From Desulfomonilia bacterium (GTDB lineage Bacteria > Desulfobacterota > Desulfomonilia > UBA1062): a stretch of DNA of 64,000 bases. How positions within the stretch are numbered: the first letter of the stretch is position 1; the number at the start of each line of letters is the position of its first letter. Positions 40,838 to 51,374 of this stretch are shown piece by piece. Both the position numbers and the translations under genes were made by a program. Under the pieces are notes generated by a model. It saw nothing but the letters and a program-made list of their open reading frames with translations, was not told the origin of the DNA and searched no databases. Location of the stretch: the NCBI GenBank assembly GCA_050014195.1, contig JBEKDT010000013.1, positions 64,001 through 128,000 on the forward strand, in the 5' to 3' direction.

Positions 40838-41437
40838 TTACGCTAAATTTTTCAGTTGATCCATTTGGAGTTTCATCCGGCTGATGCAATATTCAAGCTT
40901 GATGGAAAGAGCCTTTGCAAAGATCTCATGGCCGCGCTCATTGGGCAGGCGGGCGTCATTCTGGATAAATTCAGAGTTGGCAAGTCCCCGATCAAAAAGA
41001 TAGCCAGCCCAGTAGGTGTGTACAGCCACCATTTCACAATCAAGATCAATACTGACTTCTCTTATCGTGCGGTAGTATATGTTCACGGCATCCATTTCGT
41101 AAGGGTCGTCAAAGGTGTGGGATGTGGGTAATACAATTACCGGGTTGAACTGCTCCCTGGCAGATCTGGCCATCCTCACCAGGTTTTCCTTGAACTCAGA
41201 GCGGTAAACCGGGAAGAATGCATCGTCAACACCGAAGTGAATCAGGAGGATCTGCGGTGCAAACGGTGCAATGTCATCCTGGAAGGTCCATATGCCGTCA
41301 AAGGAATTATCTTGAGGTCTGGTGCGGTTGATGAGCTCCACCCCTTGAGAAGTACAGAATTCCTTCAGGATGTCTACATAACCCCTGGCTACACCGACAC
41401 CTGCTGCGATGCTCCCCCCTCGAACGAGCAGCTTCAT
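40838..41437 (-). CDS. SGNH/GDSL hydrolase-fold protein with degenerate motifs
   Basis: GGSIAAG, HFGVDD, FKENL, DARLPNERGH. Confidence 0.75.
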   Translation of the reverse strand: MKLLVRGGSIAAGVGVARGYVDILKEFCTSQGVELINRTRPQDNSFDGIWTFQDDIAPFAPQILLIHFGVDDAFFPVYRSEFKENLVRMARSAREQFNPVIVLPTSHTFDDPYEMDAVNIYYRTIREVSIDLDCEMVAVHTYWAGYLFDRGLANSEFIQNDARLPNERGHEIFAKALSIKLEYCISRMKLQMDQLKNLA

Positions 41438-42315
41438 TTTAATGTATCATCGAGAGGTATCTTTGACTCGCAGGGCACATCTGTCTGGCACAACCCGCAG
41501 CTGTAACCGTCAAAACCATAGGTTGTCTTGATATACGGTATTGCTTTGCCAAAGACATATTCCAGGCATTTATTTTTGTCATGCCCGGCATCACTGATGG
41601 CCCCGGCCGGACAGCGGGAGATGCATTTTTTGCAGGTACCTTTTGAGAAGAAGAGGCAATAGTCTGTGTGAGAGCTATAAGGTCTCGGTGTAGGTGGAAT
41701 CTGTATGTGTGATACTACGGATCCTAAGCGCATGGCCTTGCCCACAGGGGTAATGAGCCCGTCACACAGGCCGAAGGTCCCCAGGCCAGATACATATGCA
41801 ACATGCCGCTCCGACCAGTTTGATGAAAACCCGTGTTGAGGAGAATTCTGCCATGAAAAACCGGTATGGAGTGTGGGTGCTATAGTTTCATAACCCATTG
41901 ATTGAAGTGCCGTTACAACATGTTTTTTCAGATTGTTGTTGATCTCTTCACCAAAGGTGCGTGTGCGTGCCCAGCGGTGGGAAGGGAAGGAGGTCTCCCG
42001 GCGGTTGTCGGCCTTTGTCGCCTCTGTTTGGGGGAGAACCCAGCTGATCACGGTGAGATCTCCGGGAGAAGCATTTACATCAGGGAATGCCTGTAAGAAT
42101 ATTTCTTTTGGGGTCCAATGGAAGGGTCCCACGGTCTCCTTAAGAGAATTCCACAGAGGATCGCCGCCTCTTGAAAAACCTACAAGAGGATCTGCCCATG
42201 CCCGTTCGCCTTGGTCCTGCCAGAGTGTGTTCCGGCTAGGCTCGTCAAGAAACGATCTGATCATAGCATTTATCTGATGAGATAGATCAAAATGTTCACC
42301 AGGGCTCATGCGCAC
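41434..42315 (-). CDS. epoxyqueuosine reductase (QueG)-like 4Fe-4S protein
   Basis: WSERHVAYVSGLGTFG, RLGSV, CKKCISRCP, CGLCQ..VPC. Confidence 0.8.
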   Translation of the reverse strand: MRMSPGEHFDLSHQINAMIRSFLDEPSRNTLWQDQGERAWADPLVGFSRGGDPLWNSLKETVGPFHWTPKEIFLQAFPDVNASPGDLTVISWVLPQTEATKADNRRETSFPSHRWARTRTFGEEINNNLKKHVVTALQSMGYETIAPTLHTGFSWQNSPQHGFSSNWSERHVAYVSGLGTFGLCDGLITPVGKAMRLGSVVSHIQIPPTPRPYSSHTDYCLFFSKGTCKKCISRCPAGAISDAGHDKNKCLEYVFGKAIPYIKTTYGFDGYSCGLCQTDVPCESKIPLDDTLK

Positions 42316-42421
42316 CTCCCTGCACTTGTTTTGCCATCATCTAAGGCTAAAGCAAACTGATGCTTGAATCAATATAAACTTTTTAATCGAAGAGAGTTTA
42401 TGAAAATATAATTGAGATTCC

Positions 42422-43057
42422 TTAAGGGTAAAGACCAATTCCGGTGCAACGATACTGTTTTGGAGTAGAGCCGGTCATCTTTTTGAAGATCCTGTTGAAG
42501 CTCGCCTTGGAATTGAATCCGGAAGCAAAGGCGATATCCAGGATAGTACTTTCCGGGTCGCTGATGAGCATGGTCTTGGCAAAGCCTACCCGGAAGGTAT
42601 TCACGAGGTCGTGGAAGGTGGTATTGAGGTAAATGTTCAAAAACCTTGAGAGGTTGTGCGGTTCAACTCCAAGCTCATGGGCCAAGGCTGCCAGCGTTAA
42701 CTCATCTCTCAAGAAGATTTGCTCATCCTGGAGTTTACTTTTAAGCCGCACTTCAAGATCTTTCCGGTTAATGGCTGAGGGCATGTTGGGCTGTCTTTTC
42801 CTGATGTGATGCCGGGGTCGCGGTCGTGATTGGTTATCGCCCTTTCCATAGTGCAACTGCAAAAGAAGCTTATGCCGTCTAACCATATCCGTGGCGACAT
42901 TGCTCAGTGCGACCTCTTCTGCAAGTTGAATCCATTCCTCGTCCAACTCCGGGAGGTCACTTGCGCAGATAGTTGTTTCTTCAGTCAGCGGGGTAGTAAC
43001 TCGCTTGCTGCATTCATGCCGGTTTTTCTTCGTGCTTAATACCATCAATATCCTCAC
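42422..43057 (-). CDS. AraC-family HTH protein (no clear sensor domain)
   Basis: TILDIAFASGFNSKASFNRIFKKMTGSTPKQYR. Confidence 0.85.
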   Translation of the reverse strand: MRILMVLSTKKNRHECSKRVTTPLTEETTICASDLPELDEEWIQLAEEVALSNVATDMVRRHKLLLQLHYGKGDNQSRPRPRHHIRKRQPNMPSAINRKDLEVRLKSKLQDEQIFLRDELTLAALAHELGVEPHNLSRFLNIYLNTTFHDLVNTFRVGFAKTMLISDPESTILDIAFASGFNSKASFNRIFKKMTGSTPKQYRCTGIGLYP

Positions 43058-43411
43058 TGGAGAATAATATTACAAGCATCCTGACAGGAGATTGTCCAGA
43101 GTTCATTACATGGGAAAATATAGTACATAAATCTTTTCAAGAGTACAAGCCGCAGTGTCACGTAAAAGATGAAAGGCCCTGTATGGCTTAAGAAAACTAT
43201 ACTGGCAATGCTTAGATAAATTGCCTTTGGTTGTACATGATGTTTATGAATTTCATTAGAACTGTTGTGCCTAATCTTATTGATAAATAATCATTTAATC
43301 TGATCATTCGGTAATGACTGATCTTCTTATGCCATAGGAAATATAAGACATATTATGCCGATATAAATATGCTAAAATATGTTTAACCCTTGGTTTATGA
43401 GAAAAATAATC

Positions 43412-43470
43412 TTGACAGTATTCAGGTGCCTATTGTATCTTTTGCCGGTGATGAATGATGATTCACTCAT
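43412..43470 (+). promoter_or_regulatory. sigma70 promoter plus FadR/TetR-type operator upstream of etfB
   Basis: TTGACA 43412, TATCTT 43436; imperfect palindrome ATGAATGATGATTCACTCAT 43451-43470. Confidence 0.6.
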
Positions 43471-43619
43471 GTTCGGGCAAATTAACAACTCGATCTGAAA
43501 GGCTTTCCATGGTAGCTATGGAGTACAGGCTTTTATCCGGGGTTGATCCGGTCGATGAGGTGAAGCTGATCATAAACGCAATCCCGTACCGGGGCGAAAC
43601 AATAAAGGAAGGGTAACCA

Positions 43620-44438
43620 ATGCTCGTTATCGCATGTATCAAACAGGTGCCTGACACAACACAGGTTAAGATCGATCCGGTGACCAACACACTTGTCCGC
43701 GAAGGGATTCCTTTCATCATGAACCCCTTTGACACGCATGCCCTGGAGGAGTCGCTCCGTCTGAAAGACAAATACGGTGTGCGGGTCGCAGCTATCTCCA
43801 TGGGGCCTCCTAATGCGGAGATGACACTGCGCAAGGCCCTGGCACTGGGAGTTGATGAGGTAATCCTTCTGTCGGACCGTGCCTTTGGAGGCGCAGACAC
43901 CCTTGCCACAAGCATGGTCCTTGCCGAGGCGGTCAAAAAGCTGGCCGAGAAGGACAAGGAAGGGCTTGCGCTGGTGATCTGCGGGAAACAGACCATTGAC
44001 GGCGACACCGCCCAGGTGGGTCCCGGCATAGCAATCCGCAACGGGTATGTCCCGCTGACCCTTGTAGACCGCATCGTTGATCTTGATCTCAAGAACAAGA
44101 AGATCAAGGTAAGCAGAAAGCTCGAAGGCCGCCATGAGATAGTCGAAGCCAAGATGCCTGCCCTGCTGACCGTGGTCAGGGAGATCAACAAGCCCCGCTA
44201 CCCGTCAGTACCCATGCGTCTTGAGGCCCAGGACATGAGTGTCGCCCTATGGGACAACAAGGTCATGAACCTCGATGTACAGCAGATAGGTCTTAAGGGT
44301 TCACCCACTGCGGTACGAAGGATCTTTTCTCCAGAGCGCGAAAAAGGTGAGATCGTGGGCGACGGTACCAACGACCCGACCGGAACTGCAAAGCAGTTGG
44401 TGGAAAAGCTGGTCCAGAGGGAATTGCTTGCCCTGTAA
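43620..44438 (+). CDS. etfB: electron transfer flavoprotein beta subunit
   Basis: CIKQVPDT, NPFD, AFGGADTLATS, GKQTIDGDTAQVGP, GSPT. Confidence 0.95.
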   Translation: MLVIACIKQVPDTTQVKIDPVTNTLVREGIPFIMNPFDTHALEESLRLKDKYGVRVAAISMGPPNAEMTLRKALALGVDEVILLSDRAFGGADTLATSMVLAEAVKKLAEKDKEGLALVICGKQTIDGDTAQVGPGIAIRNGYVPLTLVDRIVDLDLKNKKIKVSRKLEGRHEIVEAKMPALLTVVREINKPRYPSVPMRLEAQDMSVALWDNKVMNLDVQQIGLKGSPTAVRRIFSPEREKGEIVGDGTNDPTGTAKQLVEKLVQRELLAL

Positions 44439-44483
44439 GGCTATAGACACCTTACTCTATTAAAATAAGAGAGATAAAAGCAG

Positions 44484-45827
44484 ATGGAAAAACCGAAAAA
44501 AGTCAAAAAGCCGCGTGGTAAGGCATCTCTCATCCCCAACAAGTGTATCGCCTGCGGGGCGCGTTGCCAGAGCTCCTGCCCTGCAGAAGCGATCGAGATG
44601 AGCGAAAAGGGTGAGCCGATCATCCTAACGGATAAGTGCATCGGCTGCCAGAAATGTGTCAAGATATGCCCGGCAGAAGCCCTTGAAATGTTCTTTACTC
44701 CCGAAGAGCTGGAGATTTTGAAGCAGCTCTCACAGGAAAAGGCTGCAGGTGCCCCGGCAGAGGAGGAAGAAGACTCTGAAGAGGCCAAGCTGAAGAAGTT
44801 CCTGGCCCAGTACCGGTCGGTATGGGTCTTTGTCGAGCAGACCGACTGTATACCTGCCAAAGTTTCCTGGGAGCTTTTAGGTGTGGGCGCACAACTGGCT
44901 TCTGCACTGAAGGTGGATCTCTGCGCAGTCGTTCTTGGCCACAATGTTGAAAAACTGTGCCATGAAGCATTCACCTACGGCGCAACCAAGGCATACCTGA
45001 TCGATGAAGAAATCCTGCACAATTACCGGACCGCTCCTTACCTTGAGTCCTTCTGTTCACTGGTGCAAAAGTATAAGCCCGAGGTCGTGCTCATGGGCGC
45101 CACCGGTCTGGGCAGAGATTTAGCCGGAGCTGTTGCGACACGGCTTCGAACAGGCTTGACGGCCGACTGCACGGGTCTGGGCATTGATGAAAAAAGGCAG
45201 CTGCTGCAGACGCGTCCCGCCTTCGGCGGAAACATCATGGCAACCATATTCTGCGAGCAGAGACGCCCGCAGATGGCTTCTGTCCGCCCTCACGTAATGC
45301 CCATGCCGACCAAAAACGAGAACGCCACAGGCGAGATCATTCGCGAGAAGATTGCGATGAAGGAACAGGATGTCCTCACCAAGGTGCTTGAAGTCATCAA
45401 CGATGCCGGCCACATGGACAGCGTTGATATAGGCGGTGCCGAGTTCATCGTTTCCGGCGGCAGAGGCATGATGTCAAAGGAAAACTTCAAGATCCTGCAG
45501 GATCTGGCGGAAGAGCTGGGCGGAGTAGTTGCATGCTCCAGAAGTGCGGTCGATGCAGGATGGATGCCGGTGGAGCGCCAGGTAGGGCAGACCGGAAAGA
45601 CCGTGCGGCCCAAGATCTACATCGCATGCGGCATCAGCGGTGCCATCCAGCACCTGGTAGGCATGCAGGACTCTGATCTTGTCATTGCCATCAACCGTGA
45701 CCGCGAGGCCCCGATCTTCGAGGTGGCGACATTCGGCATCGTCGGCGATCTTTTCAGTATCGTGCCTGCGATCACTGAGCATATTCGGCAGACAAAGGCC
45801 ACCAGAGGGACACCAAAGGTCTGTTAG
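44484..45827 (+). CDS. etfA: electron transfer flavoprotein alpha subunit with N-terminal 2x[4Fe-4S] domain
   Basis: CIACGARCQSSCP, CIGCQKCVKICP; GLTADCT, RPAFGGN, QVGQTGKTV, GISGAIQH. Confidence 0.95.
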   Translation: MEKPKKVKKPRGKASLIPNKCIACGARCQSSCPAEAIEMSEKGEPIILTDKCIGCQKCVKICPAEALEMFFTPEELEILKQLSQEKAAGAPAEEEEDSEEAKLKKFLAQYRSVWVFVEQTDCIPAKVSWELLGVGAQLASALKVDLCAVVLGHNVEKLCHEAFTYGATKAYLIDEEILHNYRTAPYLESFCSLVQKYKPEVVLMGATGLGRDLAGAVATRLRTGLTADCTGLGIDEKRQLLQTRPAFGGNIMATIFCEQRRPQMASVRPHVMPMPTKNENATGEIIREKIAMKEQDVLTKVLEVINDAGHMDSVDIGGAEFIVSGGRGMMSKENFKILQDLAEELGGVVACSRSAVDAGWMPVERQVGQTGKTVRPKIYIACGISGAIQHLVGMQDSDLVIAINRDREAPIFEVATFGIVGDLFSIVPAITEHIRQTKATRGTPKVC

Positions 45828-45858
45828 ACGTTATAACTAAGAGAAAAGGATAATTTTC

Positions 45859-47817
45859 ATGATACCGAATCCGATTGTTTTTGCCATTGTGTTTGTAGGG
45901 GCCGTCCTTCTGTTTGTGTGGAGCTGTTTCCGCCGCTTCGGACTGGTAACCATCGGTAAGCCGGAAAACCGGTTCAATAACGTAGCAGCCAGGATTCGAG
46001 ATACCTTCCTCTATGCCTTTGCCCAGAAAAGGGTCTTGCAGAAGCCTTTCGGCATAAACCATTTCGTCCTGTTCTGGTCGTTCATGGTCCTTCTGCTCGC
46101 CAATACCGAGTTTGTGTTGAAAGGGCTGCATCCGGCCATCACCTTCAAGGTGCTGCCGGCGCTCATCTATAATCCGCTCTATTTTCTCTTCGATCTCGTC
46201 TCGCTCTTTGCCCTTCTCTGCGTCATCATCGCCGGCATCAGGCGCGTGGTCGCACCGCCGTATCCCGAGGCGATCACTTTGGATGCATATATCATCCTCT
46301 CTATGATAGCAGGCCTTATGATCGCCTACTTCAACCTGCACGGAGTGGAGAGAGTTGCCCTCGGGGAGCAGCTTAACATGCCCATCTCCGCAGCAGTTGG
46401 GTCAATATTCTATAGCGGAATTACACCCGAGAAGGCCGAGTCTTTAAAAGAGATCTGGTGGTGGCTCCATGCACTCATATTCCTCTTCTTCCTGAACTAT
46501 CTTCCCTACAGCAAGCACATGCATATTCTTTCCTCAATCCCGAGCTGCTATTTCAGGAGGTTTGAAAAGGCAAATACCTTGCCGTTGGAAACCTTTGTGA
46601 AGGGCAACAAATTCGGCGTTGATACCATTGATAAATTTACCTGGAAAGACCTTTTTGATTCCTATGCCTGCACCGAATGCGGCCGTTGCCAGCTGGCGTG
46701 CCCGGCTGCGAACACCGGCAAGCCGCTGAACCCGAGGCAGGTCATTCATGACCTTAAAATCAACGTCCTGACCAACGGACCGGCTATAAAGGCCGGCCAG
46801 AAACCTACACTGCCGCTCATCGGCAGCAACGGCGAAGGCAGCATCACCGAAGATCAGATCTGGTCCTGCACCACCTGCGGTGCATGCATGGAAGTCTGCC
46901 CGGTCTTCATCGAGCAGATGCCCAAACTCCTCCAACTTAGGCGCTACCTTGTGGAGATGAAGGCACACTTCCCCGAAGAGCTCCTCAACCTCTTTGAGAA
47001 CATGGAGCAGAGGAGCAACCCATGGGGTATCGCACCGACCGAGAGGACCAAATGGTGCTCGCAGCTCAATGTGAAGGCCTTCGATGCCTCTACCGAATAC
47101 CTCCTGTACGTGGGATGTGCAGGTGCCTTTGACTCCAGGAACAAGCAGGTCACTTTGGCCCTTGCAAGTGTTCTCGATGCAGCCGGAGTCTCTTGGGGCA
47201 TCCTGGGCAAGGAAGAGTTATGCTGCGGCGACAGCGTGCGCAGGCTCGGCAATGAGTTTGTATTCGACAAGATGGCAAAAGACAATGTCAAGATTTTCAA
47301 GGAAAAGGGTGTGAAGAAGATCATCACCCTGTGCCCCCATTGCTTCTCCACCCTGAAGAACGATTACAGGCAATATGGTTTTGATGGCGAGGTCATCCAT
47401 CATGCCGACCTCATCGATCAACTGATAAAGCAGGGCAAGTTGAAGCTCAAGAAGTCCGTTAATCTGGGCAAGGTCGTATTCCATGACTCATGCTATCTTG
47501 GGCGGCATAACAACATCTACGAATCGCCCCGGAGTGTTATCAGCAAGGCAACGGGAAAGAGCCCTGAAGAATTGGATCGGACCCGTAGGCAGTCCTTCTG
47601 CTGCGGCGCAGGAGGCGGAAGGATGTGGATGGAGGAGCACCTGGGCACGCGTATCAACCTGGAGCGCGTAACCGAGGCCCTCACAAAGAACCCGGACACC
47701 GTGTGCGTGACCTGCCCATACTGCATGACCATGTTCGAAGACGGTCTGAAGGACAAGAATGCAGACAAGGTCCTGGTCAAGGATATAGCCGAGGTTGTTG
47801 CGGAAGGGCTGAGATAA
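45859..47817 (+). CDS. membrane Fe-S oxidoreductase (HdrD/GlpC-related; ETF:quinone oxidoreductase EMO/FadF-like)
   Basis: TM domain with His (NHF, WLH, KHMH), CTECGRC..CP, CTTCGAC..CP, two CCG domains. Confidence 0.88.
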   Translation: MIPNPIVFAIVFVGAVLLFVWSCFRRFGLVTIGKPENRFNNVAARIRDTFLYAFAQKRVLQKPFGINHFVLFWSFMVLLLANTEFVLKGLHPAITFKVLPALIYNPLYFLFDLVSLFALLCVIIAGIRRVVAPPYPEAITLDAYIILSMIAGLMIAYFNLHGVERVALGEQLNMPISAAVGSIFYSGITPEKAESLKEIWWWLHALIFLFFLNYLPYSKHMHILSSIPSCYFRRFEKANTLPLETFVKGNKFGVDTIDKFTWKDLFDSYACTECGRCQLACPAANTGKPLNPRQVIHDLKINVLTNGPAIKAGQKPTLPLIGSNGEGSITEDQIWSCTTCGACMEVCPVFIEQMPKLLQLRRYLVEMKAHFPEELLNLFENMEQRSNPWGIAPTERTKWCSQLNVKAFDASTEYLLYVGCAGAFDSRNKQVTLALASVLDAAGVSWGILGKEELCCGDSVRRLGNEFVFDKMAKDNVKIFKEKGVKKIITLCPHCFSTLKNDYRQYGFDGEVIHHADLIDQLIKQGKLKLKKSVNLGKVVFHDSCYLGRHNNIYESPRSVISKATGKSPEELDRTRRQSFCCGAGGGRMWMEEHLGTRINLERVTEALTKNPDTVCVTCPYCMTMFEDGLKDKNADKVLVKDIAEVVAEGLR

Positions 47818-47846
47818 AAAACGAATTTTCTTATGTGCAAGGTTCG

Positions 47847-47882
47847 ACAGCCCCCGGATATTCCGGGGGCTGTTTTATTTTT
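47847..47882 (+). terminator. intrinsic terminator
   Basis: ACAGCCCCCGGA-TAT-TCCGGGGGCTGT followed by T-rich tail, after the etf operon. Confidence 0.9.
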
Positions 47883-47921
47883 ATATGAACTTCTCAACTA
47901 TCAAAGGGTGGCCTTGCAGGG

Positions 47922-48485
47922 TCAGACAGAGTAGTGCCTGCCGTTTGACTCGTAGATGAGGAGATGGGCAAAGGCCGCCACCACCAGGCCGTGCATGATC
48001 TTTTGCTTGCGGATCATCTGATAGATCTCTTCCTTTTTGACGAGCTCCACCCTGATCGCTTCGGTGGGATCCAGCATCTGGTTTGAGCCCAGGATGCAGT
48101 TCCTGGCCAGGAATGAATAGCACTTGTTTGTCTGGAGTGCGGGGTTAGGCTCGACCGTTCCGATGTGCACAACATCGGTGCTGATATAGCCGGTCTCTTC
48201 CGTCATCTCACGAACAGCCGCCTCCATGGGGGTCGTGTCCTCCTCGGAGATGAGTCCGCCCGGTATCTCGATGGTGTCTCTCCTGATGCCGTGACGGTAC
48301 TGGCGGATGGTGACCACGTGGCCGTCTTCCGTGATAGGGATGATGTTCACCCAGTCGCCGAGCTCGAATACCGTGAAGTCCTTGATGATGTCATTGGGCA
48401 GGAAGTGATACTTGTCCTGGCGGACATTGACAAGCCGGTTCTTGAACACGGTCTTGGAATAGAGGTAATTCCAATCCTTCTTCAT
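47922..48485 (-). CDS. NUDIX hydrolase (ADP-ribose pyrophosphatase-like)
   Basis: EIPGGLISE..AAVREMTEETGY Nudix box; start moved to ATG 48485. Confidence 0.9.
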   Translation of the reverse strand: MKKDWNYLYSKTVFKNRLVNVRQDKYHFLPNDIIKDFTVFELGDWVNIIPITEDGHVVTIRQYRHGIRRDTIEIPGGLISEEDTTPMEAAVREMTEETGYISTDVVHIGTVEPNPALQTNKCYSFLARNCILGSNQMLDPTEAIRVELVKKEEIYQMIRKQKIMHGLVVAAFAHLLIYESNGRHYSV

Positions 48486-48568
48486 GGCTGTTCCCCTTAA
48501 GACCCACAGGATACTACCACGGAATATCGAGTTTTTCCAGGAGCTGTTTATCTTCGAAAATATCAATA

Positions 48569-49186
48569 TCACCGTAAAGATGGAGGGGAGCATGATGAGT
48601 TCTTTCCAATATTAGCGTTCCAATCAATGAGTGCCGCGATATTCGCCCAAGAACTTACTGCATGAAAGGGGTGGGGCTGCCGGTTCCATGGCTGGGTGTA
48701 GATAATCGGGACGATTCCGACCTCCTGGAGCAAAAAGCAGGTGTCGAGCCGGTCGTCGATGAAGTATTTTACATTATTGTCTTTCAGGATCTCGATCTTC
48801 GCCGTGTTCACCCCGGTCGCCTCGATGTGCAGGCACTTTGGGCCGACCTGAGGGATGTGCCTTTCGAACCATAACTCGATGGGTTCGGCAACAGGCCGCG
48901 CAGTCACCACGAGCAGGGGTGAAAAGGCTGTCATGCGGGTTAACACCTCACCGGCCCCTTCATTCGGCATAAGATCTATCTCATGAGGTTCGTTGGTGAG
49001 GATATCGATGATCTCAAGGGCATGTTTCTCTTCCATGTTGACGACGTTGAGAAAATGGTAATCCGTGATGTCGTCATAGTTGATGTCGTAGTTGTAGTTT
49101 TCCTTGGCAAGCCGGACAAAGAGCCTGAATGTGTCGGCCACTACGCCGTCGAAGTCAAAGGCGATTTCCTCGGGGTGGATGTTCAT
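48569..49186 (-). CDS. HAD-superfamily hydrolase (5' nucleotidase NT5C-like)
   Basis: FDFDGVVADT, VTAR, FIDDR, QPWN. Confidence 0.85.
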   Translation of the reverse strand: MNIHPEEIAFDFDGVVADTFRLFVRLAKENYNYDINYDDITDYHFLNVVNMEEKHALEIIDILTNEPHEIDLMPNEGAGEVLTRMTAFSPLLVVTARPVAEPIELWFERHIPQVGPKCLHIEATGVNTAKIEILKDNNVKYFIDDRLDTCFLLQEVGIVPIIYTQPWNRQPHPFHAVSSWANIAALIDWNANIGKNSSCSPPSLR

Positions 49187-49387
49187 GCCAATACCTCTTC
49201 TCAATTGATGTCAAGATTGTGTACCATAGACCATTGTGGGTTGCAAATATACACCCTAAACAAGGTATAAAGCATAATAATAAAGAACACGGTAATCCCC
49301 CGCCATAAGAGCCCCGGCAGGGCATGTTCATGGTGAAAAATCAGTTGACAAGAACAGGAGATACAGGCTATCGAAAACACCTGATAA

Positions 49388-49462
49388 AGGCACGTAGCTC
49401 AGGGGGAGAGCACCACCTTGACGCGGTGGGGGTCCAGGGTTCAAATCCCTGCGTGCCTACCA
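49388..49462 (+). tRNA. tRNA-Val(GAC)
   Basis: Acceptor AGGCACG/CGTGCCT + ACCA; anticodon arm CCACC-TTGACGC-GGTGG; T-arm CAGGG-TTCAAAT-CCCTG. Confidence 0.97.
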
Positions 49463-49482
49463 CTTTTTTGTCTGGAGATGTT

Positions 49483-51369
49483 ATGCCCGAAATCACCGTT
49501 ATTGTGGACGGCAAGGCCATACCTACCGGCGCATTGACTATTAGGGATGTTATTAAAGACAAGCGCGTGATTGCAGCACGTGTGGGAGGGATTTTGGTTG
49601 ATCTCTCCACATTGCTGGCTGACGGCCTTACGATAGAGACGATATCTGCCGATTCCCCTGCGGGTGTAGGACTCCTGCGGCATTCCACCGCACATGTCAT
49701 GGCGGAGGCTGTGAAGCTCCTCTTCCCGGATGCCAGGCCCACCATAGGTCCTTCTACCGAGGATGGATTCTACTATGATTTTGACCGTGAAGCGCCATTT
49801 TCCTCGGAAGATCTTGCCAAGATAGAAGAGAAGATGGGTGAGCTCGTCAAACAGGACACTGCCTTCATCCGCAGGGAACTGCCCAAAAATAAAGCGAGGG
49901 CCTTCTTTGAAGAAAAGGGTGAGCCCTACAAGGTGGAGATCATTGACGACCTAGGCGACGACGTGAACACAGTCTCACTCTACGAGCAGGGGACCTTTAC
50001 CGACCTGTGCAGGGGCCCGCATGTGCCCTCCACCGGTTTTCTCAAGGCCTTCAAGCTCTTGTCCGTTGCAGGTGCTTACTGGAGGGGCGACGAGCGCAAG
50101 AAGATGCTCCAGCGGATCTACGGCACGGCCTTCGGGTCAAAAAAAGACCTCGACCAATACATCACCTTCCTGGAAGAAGCCCGCAAGCGCGACCACCGCA
50201 AGCTCGGCAAGGAGCTCGAGCTGTTCATGTTCTCCGATGATGTGGGTCCGGGCATGGTCATCTATATGCCCAAGGGCGGCAGGCTTAGGAGCCTGCTGGA
50301 AGATTTCGAAAAGAGGATCCACTTCAAGAGAGGCTATGACATCGTCTATGGCCCGAGCATCCTGAGGGGCAAGATGTGGGAGACCTCCGGCCACATGGAC
50401 AACTACAAGGAGAATATGTATTTCACTGAAGTCGATGAACAGCTCTACGGCATCAAGCCCATGAACTGTCTGTCCCATATTATGATATACAAGTCCAAGG
50501 TGAGGAGCTACCGCGACCTGCCGTTGCGCTATTTCGAACTGGGCAATGTCACCAGGCACGAAAAATCAGGCGTTATCCATGGACTGCTCCGCACGCGTCA
50601 GTTCACCCAGGACGACGCCCACATCTTCTGCAGGCCGGACCAGCTCATTGACGAGATCACAGCAATCATAGACATGGTAGAAGAGGTGATGGCCGTTTTC
50701 GGTTTTGAATACACCATGGAGATCAGCACCAGGCCTGAGAAATCCATCGGGAGCGACCAGGACTGGGATATGGCCACCAAGGCCCTGATCGACTCTTTGA
50801 ATAAGAAAGGCCTTGCGTACGACATCAATGAGGGCGACGGCGCCTTTTACGGCCCCAAGATCGATGTCAAGATCAAGGATGCCATCGGCCGGCAATGGCA
50901 GTGCGCCACCATCCAGTGCGACTTCTCCCTGCCCATGCGTTTTGATACACACTACATAGGCTCGGATGGCGAGAAACACCGGCCCGTCATGCTCCACCGG
51001 GTCATCCTTGGCTCAATCGAGCGTTTCATCGGCGTGCTCATCGAGCACTTCGCAGGCGCATTCCCGGTCTGGCTTTCGCCCGTGCAGGCCGTTGTCATGA
51101 ACATCACCGATGCCCAGGCCGATTATGCAAGCAAGGTGGCGGATGTCTTAAGAGACAAGGAGATCAGGACAGAGCTCGATCTCCGCAACGAAAAGATCGG
51201 CTTCAAGATCCGTGAAGCACGGGTTCAGAAGACCCCTTACATGGTAATCGTGGGCGACCGCGAGAAGGCAGACGGTACCGTGAACATCCGGGATCGCTCA
51301 GGCGAGCAGAAGACATTTGCGCTTGATGAGTTCATCGCCTTGGTAAAGTCCTTTGATCCTGTGATCTAA
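49483..51369 (+). CDS. thrS: threonyl-tRNA synthetase
   Basis: [41 protein letters not shown]; true start ATG 49483 after GGAG (track ORF reads through the tRNA). Confidence 0.98.
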   Translation: MPEITVIVDGKAIPTGALTIRDVIKDKRVIAARVGGILVDLSTLLADGLTIETISADSPAGVGLLRHSTAHVMAEAVKLLFPDARPTIGPSTEDGFYYDFDREAPFSSEDLAKIEEKMGELVKQDTAFIRRELPKNKARAFFEEKGEPYKVEIIDDLGDDVNTVSLYEQGTFTDLCRGPHVPSTGFLKAFKLLSVAGAYWRGDERKKMLQRIYGTAFGSKKDLDQYITFLEEARKRDHRKLGKELELFMFSDDVGPGMVIYMPKGGRLRSLLEDFEKRIHFKRGYDIVYGPSILRGKMWETSGHMDNYKENMYFTEVDEQLYGIKPMNCLSHIMIYKSKVRSYRDLPLRYFELGNVTRHEKSGVIHGLLRTRQFTQDDAHIFCRPDQLIDEITAIIDMVEEVMAVFGFEYTMEISTRPEKSIGSDQDWDMATKALIDSLNKKGLAYDINEGDGAFYGPKIDVKIKDAIGRQWQCATIQCDFSLPMRFDTHYIGSDGEKHRPVMLHRVILGSIERFIGVLIEHFAGAFPVWLSPVQAVVMNITDAQADYASKVADVLRDKEIRTELDLRNEKIGFKIREARVQKTPYMVIVGDREKADGTVNIRDRSGEQKTFALDEFIALVKSFDPVI

Positions 51370-51374
51370 ACGTG

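Noticed and set aside
49324-49482. N-terminal extension of ThrS in the ORF track
   Set aside because: It is read-through of the tRNA-Val gene; the RBS supports ATG 49483
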